Under the pieces are notes generated by a model, which made no database searches, was not told the origin of the DNA, and worked only from the letters and a program-made list of their open reading frames with translations. 64,000 nucleotides of DNA from Octopus vulgaris. Its lineage: Eukaryota. The stretch is taken from contig OX597814.1 of NCBI GenBank assembly GCA_951406725.2, forward strand, positions 43,710,001 to 43,774,000, written 5' to 3'. The stretch's first letter is position 1, and every line of letters starts with the position of its first letter. The position numbers and the translations under genes are program-made. This document shows positions 1 through 12,984 of the stretch, one piece after another.

Positions 1-29
1 CTTTACATAGATCTGAGAACCTGTGTTTA

Positions 30-525
30 CATTCAAATCAATCATATCGCGGAAAAGCAATTTACGAACATGTAAAACTGCTAAATTAAGTCTCGTTGAG
101 CAGCCGTGAGCTGATCCATGATATAGCTCAACTGCTTCCTAGTTAGTGAAACTATTCCAATACAAACAGTAACTGATGAAGGAAGAAATGCAGTTAATTC
201 CACATGTGGCTGTTATTTCAAGGAGAGCTTCTTGGGTGTTTTTTGGCCAACGCTAGCCACAATATCCTCGTTCTCGTTCACCTAGAAATGTTTGACCCAA
301 CCACGTACTGAGAAATTTAAACGGTGAAACAACATACATTACAAGATCAAGAAATTTACGAAAGAGAAACCCAACACTGCCTCCTGAAACCGGTCTACTC
401 GGAGATGCAAATATCTTGTAGGCATGGAAAATAAGAAGGCTGGAAATTCTGGTCGCGATGATACCCAAAACATTTATATGAAGTGTGCTGATATCATTGA
501 GCATGCGTATTTATTTCGAAGGTGA
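30..525 (+). mobile_element. Possible decayed MULE/Mutator-type transposase fragment
   Basis: Frameshifted translation ITRSRNLRKRNPTLPPE..LGD.NI..WK...NSGRDD resembles the 'R.R..PPEP..L..I.IP..W...DSG.DD' region of animal MULE transposases. It has many stops, and the similarity is weak and judged by eye. Confidence 0.25.
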
Positions 526-1596
526 GAGCCGGCTAAGATCACTTACATGGCGTTGTTTGACAAATAGGTGAATGTAGAAGGGCCATTAATCGGAAAGAAG
601 GCGGTCTGTTATTCTGATGATTTTTTTTTAATGTTTTCCTCAAATACATTCTAATAATTTCTTTTGTTTCCCATTCTTCGGAAATTTCTCGTTCCTTCGT
701 GATATATAGAATTTATGCCATTGTTTGCTTTATGTTTTATTTTGAGAATTTATGCATTTGTACGTTATCTAGCAATGTATTTAGACGCTGTGTGTAATGC
801 TTGTATATAAGGGTCGTTATTTCTTTCTTCTTTACGTTTAAGGTCGTGTAATTCAAAATCCTCTCTGCGTGTGTTTGTGTTCAGATTAGGTATCGTTCTA
901 GTGTCTGCGGTGTCGGCATATTCTTGTAGTGGTGATTGTAGTTTTGATGGTGTTGATAAAGTTGTTGGTGGTGTTGTACTGCGATATATTCTCCTTCTCT
1001 AAAATCTCCCAGCTTTCTGTGAGGGTAGTCTTGTTTTGACATATTTCTTGTTACCTTTCGTAAAGAAGATCTTCTCAATTTTTCATCTTTATCATTTCTC
1101 ATTACCGGATATGTCTGAATGACTCGAACATAGAAAAGCATTCTTCTTTTGCTACGTTCGGGTTGGTGGATTCTGTTGCTCACGCTGTTGATGTTGTTTC
1201 TGATTTTGTTGTTGTTATTTCGTCATGACTGCTTCTGTCACTCCTTAGGTGCCGCTTCTTCTGTTTTTATTCATGTTGTTTTTGCTGTTGTTGCTCATGT
1301 TCATTCAGCGAAGCCATTGTTGTTGTTACTCTCAAAATATGCACACTAAGTTTGATTTTTGTCTTTTAATGTGAATCAAAATACAAAGCCCAAAAAAATC
1401 GTTCCCAGAAAAGGGCGAAAGCAAAACGGAATTGACTACTTCCTCAGGAAGCAGATGAGTTTAACGAGAAACGCAAATCAAACATTTCAACCTTACTCTT
1501 TTTAAGACAGTTAAAACTGACAAAAATTAAGAATGATTTAAAGGGAAGTCATATCCATTCACAACTATAACGACCACAAGAACAAAGACAACAACA

Positions 1597-1708
1597 GTAA
1601 GTAGTAGTTGTAGTAGTAGTGGTGGTGGTGGCGGTGGTGGTGGTGGTTGTGTTAGTTGTAGTAGTAGTAGTAGTAGTGGTGGTGGTGGTGGTGGTGGTGG
1701 TGGTAGTG

Positions 1709-1740
<32 letters not shown>

Positions 1741-1741
1741 T

Positions 1742-1784
<43 letters not shown>

Positions 1785-1882
1785 TAGTAGTAGTAGTAGC
1801 AGCAGTAAGAGAAGGAAGAGGAGGAAGAGGAGGAGGTGGAGGAGGAGGAGGAGGAGGAAGAGGAAGAGAAGAAGAAGAAGAT
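1597..1882. repeat. Compound trinucleotide microsatellite (GTA/GTG/GAG/GAA)n
   Basis: Directly visible; explains the poly-V/G/E ORF at 1619-1900. Confidence 0.97.
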
Positions 1883-2859
1883 ACGCTGTTTCTAATTTAG
1901 GTAAAAAACCGGCAATTTTAAAGAGGAGCGTTTAGTGAATGTGATCATCCATACTCCTCGTCAAGGCGGATGAATGAAAAGTTGATCTTGACAAAAAATG
2001 GAAATCAGAACAAGAAGATATGAAAAATAAGCAATACTGTCTTATGTTGCTTTTGTAGTAGTGGTGGTGCTGGTGGTGGTCGGGTCGTGGTGGTGGCGTT
2101 GATACAGGCCTTGGTGGCGGTCTTGGAGGTATTAGTGGTAGGCAGCATCATTGTAGAGAAGCAAAATGACAAAGGAAAATTTCGAAGGAAATCTATGAAG
2201 TCACATTTTTCCGTATTTTCTTTTCATATGTCGACATTGTTTTCTATTGGTTATCATATTGATAATCATTTATCATCGTATTTTTTTTTTAAACTTCGCT
2301 CCTGTGAAGATATAAACGACTCTCTTAATCGAAAGAGCTGTTGCAGGAAATTACAACCTATGAGAAGAAAATAATGAAGTAGTGTGAAATACAAAAGCTA
2401 TAAATGTTTCTTTACACAATATCGCAAATGTTTGATTATATTATTTATTACATTCTTCTTTCTGAGGAACCAGGTCAATGGTCGAGTAGGTCGTCAGAGT
2501 AAAAGAAGAGGCACTTGCCCTAAAGAATTCTGAACCTGACAATTTATATCAATGCATATGCAGTTTTTTCCTATTATATTGATTATCTTTCCTTTTTAAT
2601 ACTTGTAGCGTAGCTTTCATGTATTTGCGAAAGCAAAATACATAACAGGTCGAGTGGAAAGTGCGTTGTCAGGAAGAGCTCTCTCATCTATACTCTAGCA
2701 CGTTAGATCTTTTCCTCTAGGTGCATTAACAACGCTGTGCATGAAACAATCACTATTTGCATTTAGTGAAAGAAAACTATGCATATTACTTGTTAATATA
2801 TACATACGTATGTGTGCATGTGTGTATGCTTGAGCGTGCGTGCGTGGGACCGTGTGCGT

Positions 2860-2925
2860 ACACATGCACATATAGATACATATATATATATACATACACA
2901 CACATAGATATATGTGTATGTATAC

Positions 2926-3015
<90 letters not shown>
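2860..3015. repeat. (TA)n/(CA)n microsatellite, representative of many similar tracts
   Basis: Directly visible. Similar tracts occur at about 5070, 6210, 10780, 14040, 16210, 33230, 34050, 37210, 45230, 56340, 58710 and 58960, and they explain the YIYI/HTHT ORFs. Confidence 0.97.
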
Positions 3016-3019
<4 letters not shown>

Positions 3020-3039
3020 GAGTGTTTATAATTATCAAT

Positions 3040-3568
3040 AAATTATTTATATCCGTTATTTTACGATACGGTATATAATATGGTGTAATATTTCCTAACT
3101 TTGAAACTGCAATAGAGAATTAACCTTTTATTTCTAAATTGTGGATTTTATATGCCATGTCGTTCGTAGATAGCTTTATGAGTGATAATATGTGTGATAA
3201 TAGTGGTTTTATAGTGGTTTTTTAGTGCTATTTCTAAACATGTAAGAGTTTTTGCAACCCACTTCGTTATAATTGTGATTTTTTTTCATCATTATAAGCA
3301 CTCTTCTTTTATGTAATTTATTGTAACATATTATTTACATTATTTACATTTGACGGATATTTGTCCCCATCTCGTTTGTTATTAACCCAACGTTTCGGCT
3401 GATATACCCCCCCCAGGATTTATCAGGTGTCTTAGGGAAATATCGAATCTGGTTAAGATGTTTTTCGATGTTGTTATCATCATTTTTACTATTATTATTG
3501 CTGTTGTTGTTGCTGCTATTCGGGTCACTACCTGGAATAGAACTCGGGAGCTTGGGATTAGTATCCCA
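3040..3568 (-). mobile_element. Penelope-like element terminal (pLTR) fragment with hammerhead-like motif
   Basis: The minus strand carries a minimal hammerhead-like motif at 3383-3431. It is preceded by a decayed 'IL....EFYSR' resembling a GIY-YIG C-terminus and is bounded by TA tracts. Confidence 0.5.
3383..3431 (-). ncRNA. Degenerate minimal type I hammerhead ribozyme
   Basis: Minus strand reads gacac-CTGATAA-a-tcctg..loop..cagcc-GAAA-CG-TT-gggtt. This has stem I, a core one base from CUGAUGA, a partly broken stem II and the palindromic ACGT stem III typical of PLE hammerheads. Confidence 0.6.
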
Positions 3569-3569
3569 C

Positions 3570-4032
3570 ATATATATATATATATATATGTAAATATAAA
3601 AAAATACAAACTGGGACAAGAACGTGAAACATTTAGAAGACGATACAAAAAACACGGACGGGACATTCGAAGCCTTCAATCTTCAGTCAAGAACCGGATC
3701 ATCTTCGCAATTTCGGCTGATTAATCTTGAGATTGCTCCGATCTGGCCAGCCCCAAAGGAAAATCTAAGCCAAGCGCATTAGATTTCCTTGGAAGAAAGC
3801 CTCGAATGTATACAACACAAGGACGGAAAACGGACAATGTTACACGAATAAAAATACAAAAATACGTAAAAGCAATAATGATAGCACGAATAAGAATACA
3901 AGAATACGTAAAAATAATAATGATAATAATAATAACAACAAAAACAGGACGTCACGGACAAGCGTATTTTCGACAGGACGAGTACATTTTTGAGCTGGCG
4001 TTAGAAGAAAGCCATAGGGCTACAGAGAGACA
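3570..4032 (-). mobile_element. Second Penelope-like 3' end with highly structured UTR
   Basis: Minus-strand translation SSNASSKMYSSCRKY resembles the PLE 'LLN.RSE..S.CRH' terminus. It is followed by a multi-helix structure closed by a 15-bp stem (3663-3677/3795-3809). Confidence 0.45.
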
Positions 4033-4040
4033 ATATATAT

Positions 4041-4086
<46 letters not shown>

Positions 4087-5065
4087 AAAATATATATATA
4101 TGCTTTTTAATGTAAGAGCTATCACCTGCAATTCAAAAGCACTGGATAAACAACTAATTGCAAATTACCAAGTTCATAATTCCCTTGAAATGATGATAAT
4201 CCATAGAAAGGCCATGTATTTCATAGAAGTGAAACTGCTTGGTTAGATTTTCATACGTATTTAGATACATAGCCACCAAGCAGCTTCAAACGTGAAGTAG
4301 AGGTGAGGGGCTCACTGACGTACTGTATACCAATACATCATTTCATTACTCTTCACTAAGTGATGATATAGTCCTTAACTTACAGGGCACGTCAAATACT
4401 TAAGCATTTTTTCAGGCTAAATAAAATTTTATTCCAGTATCATCAATGCATGTGTCCATTCAGCAAGATTGTAAATAATGACATGGTTGAACAATTTTAT
4501 TGCAAAAAATCAAAGCAAAGTGTGTTTTTTATTGATTTTTTTAAAGAAGTCAGTAACGTGTTCTAAAAGATTCTGGTGACGTTCTTCGTATAATTTTCTA
4601 TAAAAATTTCTGTATAAAAGCATCCCTGTAATTCACAGTGTTAACAGGTGTCCCTGATACGAAGCCGATTCATCTGCGAATTTTATAATAACCTGCCAGT
4701 CTTATGAAAATATTGATCAAGGTGTATAAATATTTATCAAAGAGAAATTCTAAAGTTAAACAAATAATTGTGGGAGTACTCTTTTGAACATTTTTATCAG
4801 TTTAGGCCATTATGGCATTATAACTTTAAACATTGGTTACTAAATGCTGCTACATACAGCCAGACATATACACACAAACACTCTCACACACACACACACA
4901 GAGACACACACATACACATACACACATATATATATATATACAAAGAGAGGGAGAGGGAGAATGAGAGGTAGAGAGAGGCATAGAGAAGCGACGCAGACAG
5001 AATGCAAATGTATTCTCCCTCTGTAGTATATATATATATATATACCTGTGTTTGTGTGCGCGCGC

Positions 5066-5150
<85 letters not shown>

Positions 5151-5502
5151 GATATGTACATATATATATATCAGTTGAATAAAGGTAAAACAGTCTGGTT
5201 TTCACGTTTTTTAATATGGTATTTTAATATTAAAAACAATATTTTGTAATGCCCATAAAGATAAGTTAGCGCTTTCATACATAGATCTTAATCTTTAAAT
5301 GAGTTCCCTATTTTTATAGGGAATTCCGTTGAGTATACACTTTTCGTTCTCCCGTGTCTCTTTTATATGTTAGTTTTGTTTTCAGTTCGTTTGTGGAAGC
5401 AATGAAATTGCTTTAGTTTGTATGCTCATCATGAAACGTCGAATGAATAAATGCATAAATAAATTAAGGTTAGCTGCATAAAGTTTACAACATATATACA
5501 TA

Positions 5503-6120
5503 TCGATACCACCTTAAACTACTGCAGCGTTTCCATCAAATGTGTCTCAGACGGATCTATGACACTAAGTGGGAGGACCGCATCAGGGATCTTGAAATAT
5601 TGGAAGGCTCTCGGTGCGAAAGTATAGAGGCTCTTGTGTTAACGCAAAGGCTCAGATGGAGTGGTCATCTGGTCAGGATGAAGGATTCAAGAATGCCAAA
5701 ACAACTCTTTTATGGAGAGTTAGCTAAAGGAGAAAGACCTCCACATAAACAAAAAGAGAGGTATAAGGACTTGTTGATGGCTTCCTTAAGAGATGCTTGC
5801 ATCTTTCCTGGCACATGGGAGGGTATAGCTATTGATCGTGGAGAAGGATTGTGCACGAGGGGACAGCTATATTTGAGAAATCTCGAGTTGCGCATGAGAA
5901 AGTAAGAAGGGATGTCAGGAAGCGCATCGCTGTTACACTTCCAGATGGGAAGGGTCTTCCTATGATGCTGACATGCAGTGTCTGTACAAAACCCTGCCTC
6001 AGTAAAGCTGGACTCAAGAGTCATCTTCTCAGTCATAAAGCGAGACAGATGAGTGACAACCTGGCCACTGATGGTGGTGTTACACACCATCCTAATCATA
6101 TTTCTCAGGCATGACGAAGA
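5503..6120 (+). mobile_element. RTE-clade LINE 3' fragment (post-RT region plus C-terminal C2H2 finger)
   Basis: FHQMCLRRI..KWEDRI.D.EIL...LRWSGHLVRM.DSRMPKQLFYGEL..G.R...Q..RYKD and CSVCTKPCLSKAGLKSHLLSH are characteristic RTE motifs; one frameshift near 5840. Confidence 0.9.
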
Positions 6121-6206
6121 GAGTGTAATTCGGCAGAAGGACTTAAAATACATGCAAAGGTACATGAAGCCCAGTTATAACTACAGCCACCTATTACCGG
6201 TAAATG

Positions 6207-6263
<57 letters not shown>

Positions 6264-6276
6264 TGTATATGTATGA

Positions 6277-6380
<104 letters not shown>

Positions 6381-6869
6381 CTGTGCAAAAGTGTTTATAT
6401 GCAACGAAAGCCAAAATGAGAGGGTCCCTCATGGAGGCTGCCGTTGTATTGTGTGTTCTAACACAACATACAAGTGAAGATAAATATTACACTTTGGTAT
6501 TAATACTGCTTCTGTCGCTAGTAATTATTAATCAATAAGCCCACTTACTCTTTGCGACACCATAGCCTCTTAGGCACTGTGATTCTATGTATAACACTAG
6601 CAGGTACATCACTGCTATCTACTATCCAAAAGACCAGTGAAGGCCGACATAACAAGGACGGGTAACCTCGCCGATGACGATGGCTATAGACTTATCTACT
6701 CACTAGCGATGTAGATAAGTCTGATATGCACCAAAAGCTAATATGAGAGCTTCTCTCATAGTTCTGGGAGTATTGTATCTAACATCACATACATTTTATG
6801 AGAGGATAAATAATTTGTGTGCGTGTGGGCGTGTTTGAAATATTCACAAAATCAATAATTTTAGCTGCA

Positions 6870-8038
6870 AACAAGTTTTATTGACATCAATGAGTTTGTA
6901 TTAAACTAGCATTTGTCAAAATCAAGTTTGGAAAACAACATCCATTACGTTGTATCCGTTTTCATTGATACATTTCTGAAGGCGTTCTTGGAAGTTGCGG
7001 CTTAGGCGCATACACACGTGTTTTGAGGTATCTCCACAAGAAATAATCACACATGGACAAATCAAGGGACCGAGTGAGGCAAGGAATATCAGTAAACCTG
7101 GAAATGGGGCAGTCACCGAAGAGAGGGCGAAGAGTGCCCATTGACGTTGTGGCTCTGTAGGCCGACGCCGCTTTATGCTGAAATCACATACGTCGAACAG
7201 ACATACGTTTACATCGTAATTCAGGCACAAAGAAGTTGTTTATCATCTCGATGTAACACTCGGAGTTCACAGTAACAGCATTTCCATTATCGTCTTCAAA
7301 AAAATAAGGACCAATGATGGCAACTTTTCCAACAACACGGCAGACCGTAACTTTTGGGGTGTGCACTGGTTTTCCTGCGGTTTTCTCGGATTTTCAAGAA
7401 CCCAATAACGACAGTTCATTCGATTCACCATGCTACTGAGATGAAAATGGGCTTCATCACCTATTAACAAAATGAGGATGTCATTGGCGTCAAAAATTGC
7501 TCCATTTGACGGGTGAATTTAAGCTGCTGTGCATTGTCCAATGGTTTCAACTGTTGCCCAGTGATCAATTTGTACAGGTGGAAATTCAGGTGTTCGTGCA
7601 AAATACGCCTTACCGATCGATAATCGATGGTAAGTTCGGTGGAATGCCTCCGAGCAGAGCGATTCGGATTCCGTATCAAAGTTTGTCTGACGCATTCCAC
7701 ATTTTCCTGGCCCCTCAATATTATCCTATTCATTTGTTTACTCGTGTACGAAGTGCATTCAACCAAGATTGTGTTGCTGGTGGGAAGAGCCGAATTTCGG
7801 TGTATGTTGAAGTGGCGCCGAAACTCACGCTGAACTGCTGTGATAGGTTCGATGTACTTCTCGTAACTGCCCTAGGCAAAGACGCGTTGCTCTATCGTCT
7901 ATAGTGCCATGGCTTCAGATGAAAAGAACAAAAAATACTAAGACACCACGGACAGAATGTTACCTGTCAGACATACGTACCTTTCTTTGGGGCTGAGTAA
8001 TCACAATCTCAAAAACAACCTTTCTTTCAGCACCCCCT
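6870..8038 (-). mobile_element. Decayed Tc1/mariner transposon, DD41D/rosa-like transposase
   Basis: Frameshifted motifs: ENVECVRQTLIRNPNRSARRHS (HTH), GDEAHFHLSSMVNRMNCRYW, KVTVC..IIGPYFFED and RSLDLSMCDYFLWRYLK. Confidence 0.85.
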
Positions 8039-8164
8039 CTCTCTCTCTCTCTCTCTCTTTATATATATATGTGTGTGTTTGTGTGTGTGTGTGTTTGTGT
8101 GCGTGTATGTATGTATAATATGTGTACATGAGGTGTGTAGGAGTGAAGGAAGAAGAGGAGTCAG

Positions 8165-9272
8165 ATGAAGAGAGGAGTGTTGAGCCCATGTGACGTAAAG
8201 GAGCGACGAAAGAAGATTAATTTATGTTCACGTCGAAGACGGGAGTCTAGATGACCTCTGTGAAAAAACAGTTCGAACACAGAATTTGTAGTAAATGAAG
8301 AGTAGAGCAGTGATGAGGCGAGACCTAGGTGTCTTTGCCGAGATGGATTTCTCTGAGGTGCTCTGCCAACCGGTCAACCAAGCAGCGCCTAGTTTGACCA
8401 ATGTACAGACAAGAGCAGAAAGACTAAGTGATGCAGTAAATGAAGTGCAGGTAAAGGAGTCTGTGATGTGATAGAGACGATGATGGGTGCCTATGCGGAT
8501 GGTGGTGTTAGAGAGGTAGGGCCAAATAAGGCAGCGTGGGCGGGAGCAAGGGAACGAGCCAGTTTGGGAGGTGGGCTTAGCAAAGAGACTGTGGTCCAGA
8601 AGGTCCTGCAGGTTGTGGGCTCGTTTGAAGGAGGAAAGTGGTTGGTTGGAGAAGATGTGCGAGATGGTGGGGTCGGACTTGTGTTGCGGAAGGCTCGGAG
8701 ATTGGAGCGTTTGAGGGTGTTGTGGAAGGGTGGTAGGTGACGGGAAAACGCAAGATGGGAAATGGCTGTGCAGGTGCGGGAAGAAAGAGCAGAAGCACGC
8801 CCCACGAAACATGCCCTGGCAAGGGTAGTATGGGTATTGGTGAGGGGATATCGATGAAGGATGAAGTGGTGAGCCATGAGTTGAAACTGAGTCTCAATGC
8901 TATGTGTGTCACCGTAGAGCTTGGGGATGGAGAGCTTGGTGCTAAATAGAGTGGGAAACGGAGAATTTAATGCAGGAGTGCGAGTCTGTGTGTTTGTAGT
9001 GGATGGAGGTAGTGAGACCGGAGGATGCATACTGACAGACATGTCTAAAAGTGCGACGGAAGAGTTAGAAATAGGGCAGGAGAATTCGAGGGCAGGATGG
9101 AATGATTGGGCAAAAGAGTGGAATGAGTTTAGTTATCCACGGGATAGTGAGGTTGCACCGATACAGTCATCGATATAACGACCTTATAGTTCGGCAGTGG
9201 TACCAGTGAATCGTGAGAACATTTGGGGCTCAAAGTATCCAAAGAACTGATTCGCATAGTTGGGGCTCATAT
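8165..9272 (-). mobile_element. Penelope-like retroelement, 5'-truncated (RT C-terminal half plus GIY-YIG endonuclease)
   Basis: Minus strand gives PNYAN.F.GYFE, GRYIDDCIG, FHPALEFS, CSRPRC..., YHITDSFTCTS, CLYIGQT.R.L.DRLAEHLR and REHKLIF...HGLN, with several frameshifts. Confidence 0.9.
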
Positions 9273-9329
9273 TCGTTATACAGTTACAAAAGAAAATGGA
9301 GATAAGGTAGTTAACAACAATTTATTAAG

Positions 9330-9900
9330 AAATTGGTCACCATCGCCTTCTCACCCTCTCACCCTTTCGTTTTTCCTCTCATCCTTTCTCTAATTCTGTT
9401 TTCTCCCCTACATCGTTTTCTCTCTGTCCCTCTCTCTGTGTCTCTCCCTCCCTCTTTCATCTTTACTCTCTCGTTGTTCACACGTGACCATCATCCATCT
9501 TTGTTTTCCAAAAGTTTTCAACTTTCTTTTCTTCCGGTCTGTTGCACAGAACAGACGTGTTCTTGTCTGACTCCTCTCCTATCTTTTCTCCTGTCAAAGA
9601 ATGTCCCTCAGCGTTCGCCCGTCTGGCTTAGCAGCCCTCACTATTTGTTTCACTGTCCTGCTTTTGTTATCAAATTTGACCTTCTGCAAAATCTCAAATT
9701 TTATGTTGGTTTACGGGAGCAACTGTTTTCTCAAAGGCACATATTGTCGTGAATTGCTCGAAATGTGGAGTAGATAAAGAGTCGTAAACCGATGTAGAGT
9801 CGTTCTTTATGTTACTTGTCTTACTTTCCATTTGTTTGTCTCATTGTTCCCAAAAATAATGGCTCACCACTTCATGCCCACATATATTTTATTTATATTA
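9330..9900 (+). mobile_element. Probable PLE pseudo-LTR in inverted orientation at the 5' truncation of the adjacent Penelope copy
   Basis: Pyrimidine-rich UTR-like sequence containing a hammerhead scaffold at 9702-9796. Inverted pLTRs at 5' ends are typical of PLEs. Confidence 0.5.
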
Positions 9901-10855
9901 TTATATGATTGAACGCAACGCCTCCATTTCCTATAATTATATGTATATATATGCATATGTATATGTGCATTTGCATACGCATTATCCAGATGGGTATTAC
10001 AAATCCTTCTCTTTCCTCTAAGCTTTGCTGAAGAATAAAATATAAATTAGTTCGCAATAATTATATTAAGCCTATTGATGGATTTATATCAGGCAGTGCA
10101 GTTTCTAAATCTGGTACACTACAATTATTTTGGATTAAACATTTATTTTGCTCCAAATCATATATCTATTGAAATGATTAATTCCAATGCAATTATATTC
10201 AATTAATAAGGCAACTGACTTTTAAAATGTTTATTCTTTCTGCTTTTGTTTTCTAATGGCAAAATTGAGATTCAATATGAAATAAGTGGTTGAAGGCGAC
10301 TTGAAACAGTTTGAGAAATTAAAGGGAATAGTAGTTACACTATAATTCCACCTCATGTTATGCGATTCATTTGTTACAAATTGTATATATTTTAATTAAA
10401 TATCAATATAACTTTCCCTTATATTGTTATATATGATTGAACCTACGAGGGTGTATATACCTGGAGGGATTGAGTATCATAATACATGGGGGACGTCGTT
10501 TGCACTAGATTACGTGAAAAGTATTAATTATTTAAGGAAATTCACATTTACATACGTAGCACGATACTGAAACGTAACAGTCTACTTCCAAGAATAAATT
10601 GGAAGCGGAGAAACGCAACATAGAAAATTAAGATCGCTATTTGAAAGAAAATATTCAGCAGCTATTTATTCATGTCCAATTATAGTTCTTTATTGTAATT
10701 TAGTATTTTAGTCATTATTCTATTTTTGATGAATTTAAATCATCTCCAACCCTTGAATATAAGCAGATACGCGCTCACACACACATACACACACGCGCAC
10801 ACACATGCATATATATACATATATACATACAAAGACGCACATATATACGTGCATA

Positions 10856-10906
<51 letters not shown>

Positions 10907-10941
10907 GTGCATATGCATACAAGTGTGTGTATAGAAATGTA

Positions 10942-11004
<63 letters not shown>

Positions 11005-12984
11005 TTACATACATACATAATTTTTCTAAAATCTATTTACATACTCATTTTAATTGTCTCTTTACAATATCCGAAAATGCTATTCATTCTAAACTTTCCA
11101 GTGAATTCTCTATTAATTTCCTTCTACATTATTTTCCACCATCCGATATAAATTTCTATACTACCAACATCATTAATGATGTCATCATTTTCAGCAACGA
11201 AGAGCAAACGTATGCTTGTATACGCCACCTTCATAAAAATCAACAAAAATTACTCAATTAGGTGAAATTGCAATGTCCTGTGATAATACGGAACACAAAG
11301 GAACGACATATTTGTTTCTGTACATAGACTATTATAAACCTATTGTGATGTATAAACACATTTGGCATAATTGAATATACGCTCTTTTAAGAAAATATGA
11401 TATCCGGATCTAGGCAGTGTGCTAATATAACGAGCACAATGAAATAACAAAATAACAACTCCATGCAAATATAATAAACAGACTAAAATGATAAATCAAA
11501 ACGTATCCGTTGCATTCGAAACTACGTAATTCGCAAACCCCAGTCCCGCCAAGAAACAAAAGAATTCCGTACAGTTCAGTATATCATCTGTATTTGTTTT
11601 TCGTTAGCACCTCCAGATGTCAAGAATTCATTCATCAATTCCGTACCAATCACACTGCGCCCAAACTAATTAGATGTAGGAAACTTAAAATAATTAAAAT
11701 AATCATATAAAGAAGCTGAATAGTAACGCTGTCAGTTTGAGCTGTATGCCATAATTATACATACATACATACATACATACATACATACATACATACGTGT
11801 GTATATGTGTATGTGTGTGTGTGCCTACTTCTATATATAGATAGAGAGAATTTCAGTGACGCCTAGTGATACAGATCTTTGTTAAACAGGATTCCTGCTA
11901 CTCAAATTCATCATGTGAATGTTTACAAGAGATAATGGATGTTCCTTTTGTTGAGAAACAATTAGATTCAGAGAGTTTCTGAGAACACTATATTTTGAGA
12001 GTGAATCATAGGACTGAACTTTATGTATCAGAAGTCTGATTGGCCTCTTAACAAACGTCCGAGATGTGTACATTGTACGTCTGTCCAATCAGCGCTTCTT
12101 TCCAGCTGTGTATTCTGCAGTAAGGTGCTATGCAATATGTTACGCTGTAATTATTTGCCGTCAATGTTGCGAATTGACTGTGCCTCTAAAAGGTGTATGG
12201 AACAATTTGCTTGATTCTACCGGGTTAGTTGTTTGTACATCGTGGTTGTACCGCTGTCTTGTGCATCGAACTGAGGATATTTATTGGCTTAGATGACTGC
12301 AAATTATTTTGGAGCCTTTGAAAATCGTAGTAAAGCCTTGAAGTGAGAGGTCTTAACATAGTCGATTAGCAAAAAAAAAAAGAAAACGAAAGTTACGATG
12401 CATTAGAGCATTAATTGCCGAATAGCCATAACAGGAAAAAGATTAAAACTTGGAAGAATGGTATATGGTGTGGGTGAGTGTGTGGAGTGAATATCTATGT
12501 ATGAGTGTGACTGTTCGGTTGATAAATCGAGTTCGGTGGTATACAGAATCCTGCACACTGAAATTATTTTTGTCGGAGAAGAGAAAATAAATTATGCATT
12601 TTCTTCTCCTTCTATGAAGTCCAGGTCCTAGTTGTAGATGCTGTTGAGATGGAGGAATTATGCAAAGAATATTTGTGACAAGGTGAAGTAAAGATAAACG
12701 TAATAAGCTACTTTAATAGTGAGTTAATAAGATTGTAGGACACTTACGTGGAGAATTGAACGCTTAGGACTGAGAAATATAACTAAAGGTGGGAAATAAG
12801 AATTATATTGTTACAGAGTGAAAACTGGCGATATGCGAAACGAAATGTTTCAGGTGATCTCTCTTGCACGAGGGGATGCCAATCACAGTCCAGATTTGAA
12901 AACTCAAACATAGACTCTAAAGTAGATATGAAATACTAAGACTAAAATATTGACAACAAACAGAATTGGCGTAACCTTAGTGAA

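Noticed and set aside
1619-1900. Poly-V/G/E ORF, and all [12 protein letters not shown], poly-L and poly-M ORFs in the track
   Set aside because: They are translations of microsatellites, not genes.
6668-6750. CCGATGA followed by a 12-bp hairpin (agacttatctac/gtagataagtct) and AAAAGCTA
   Set aside because: The hairpin is real, but GAAA is absent and stem I does not pair, so it is too degenerate to call a hammerhead.
11882-12300. Short Cys-rich ORFs (CVHCTS..CVFCSK) suggesting a zinc finger
   Set aside because: No coherent domain spacing or splice context; overlapping short frames.
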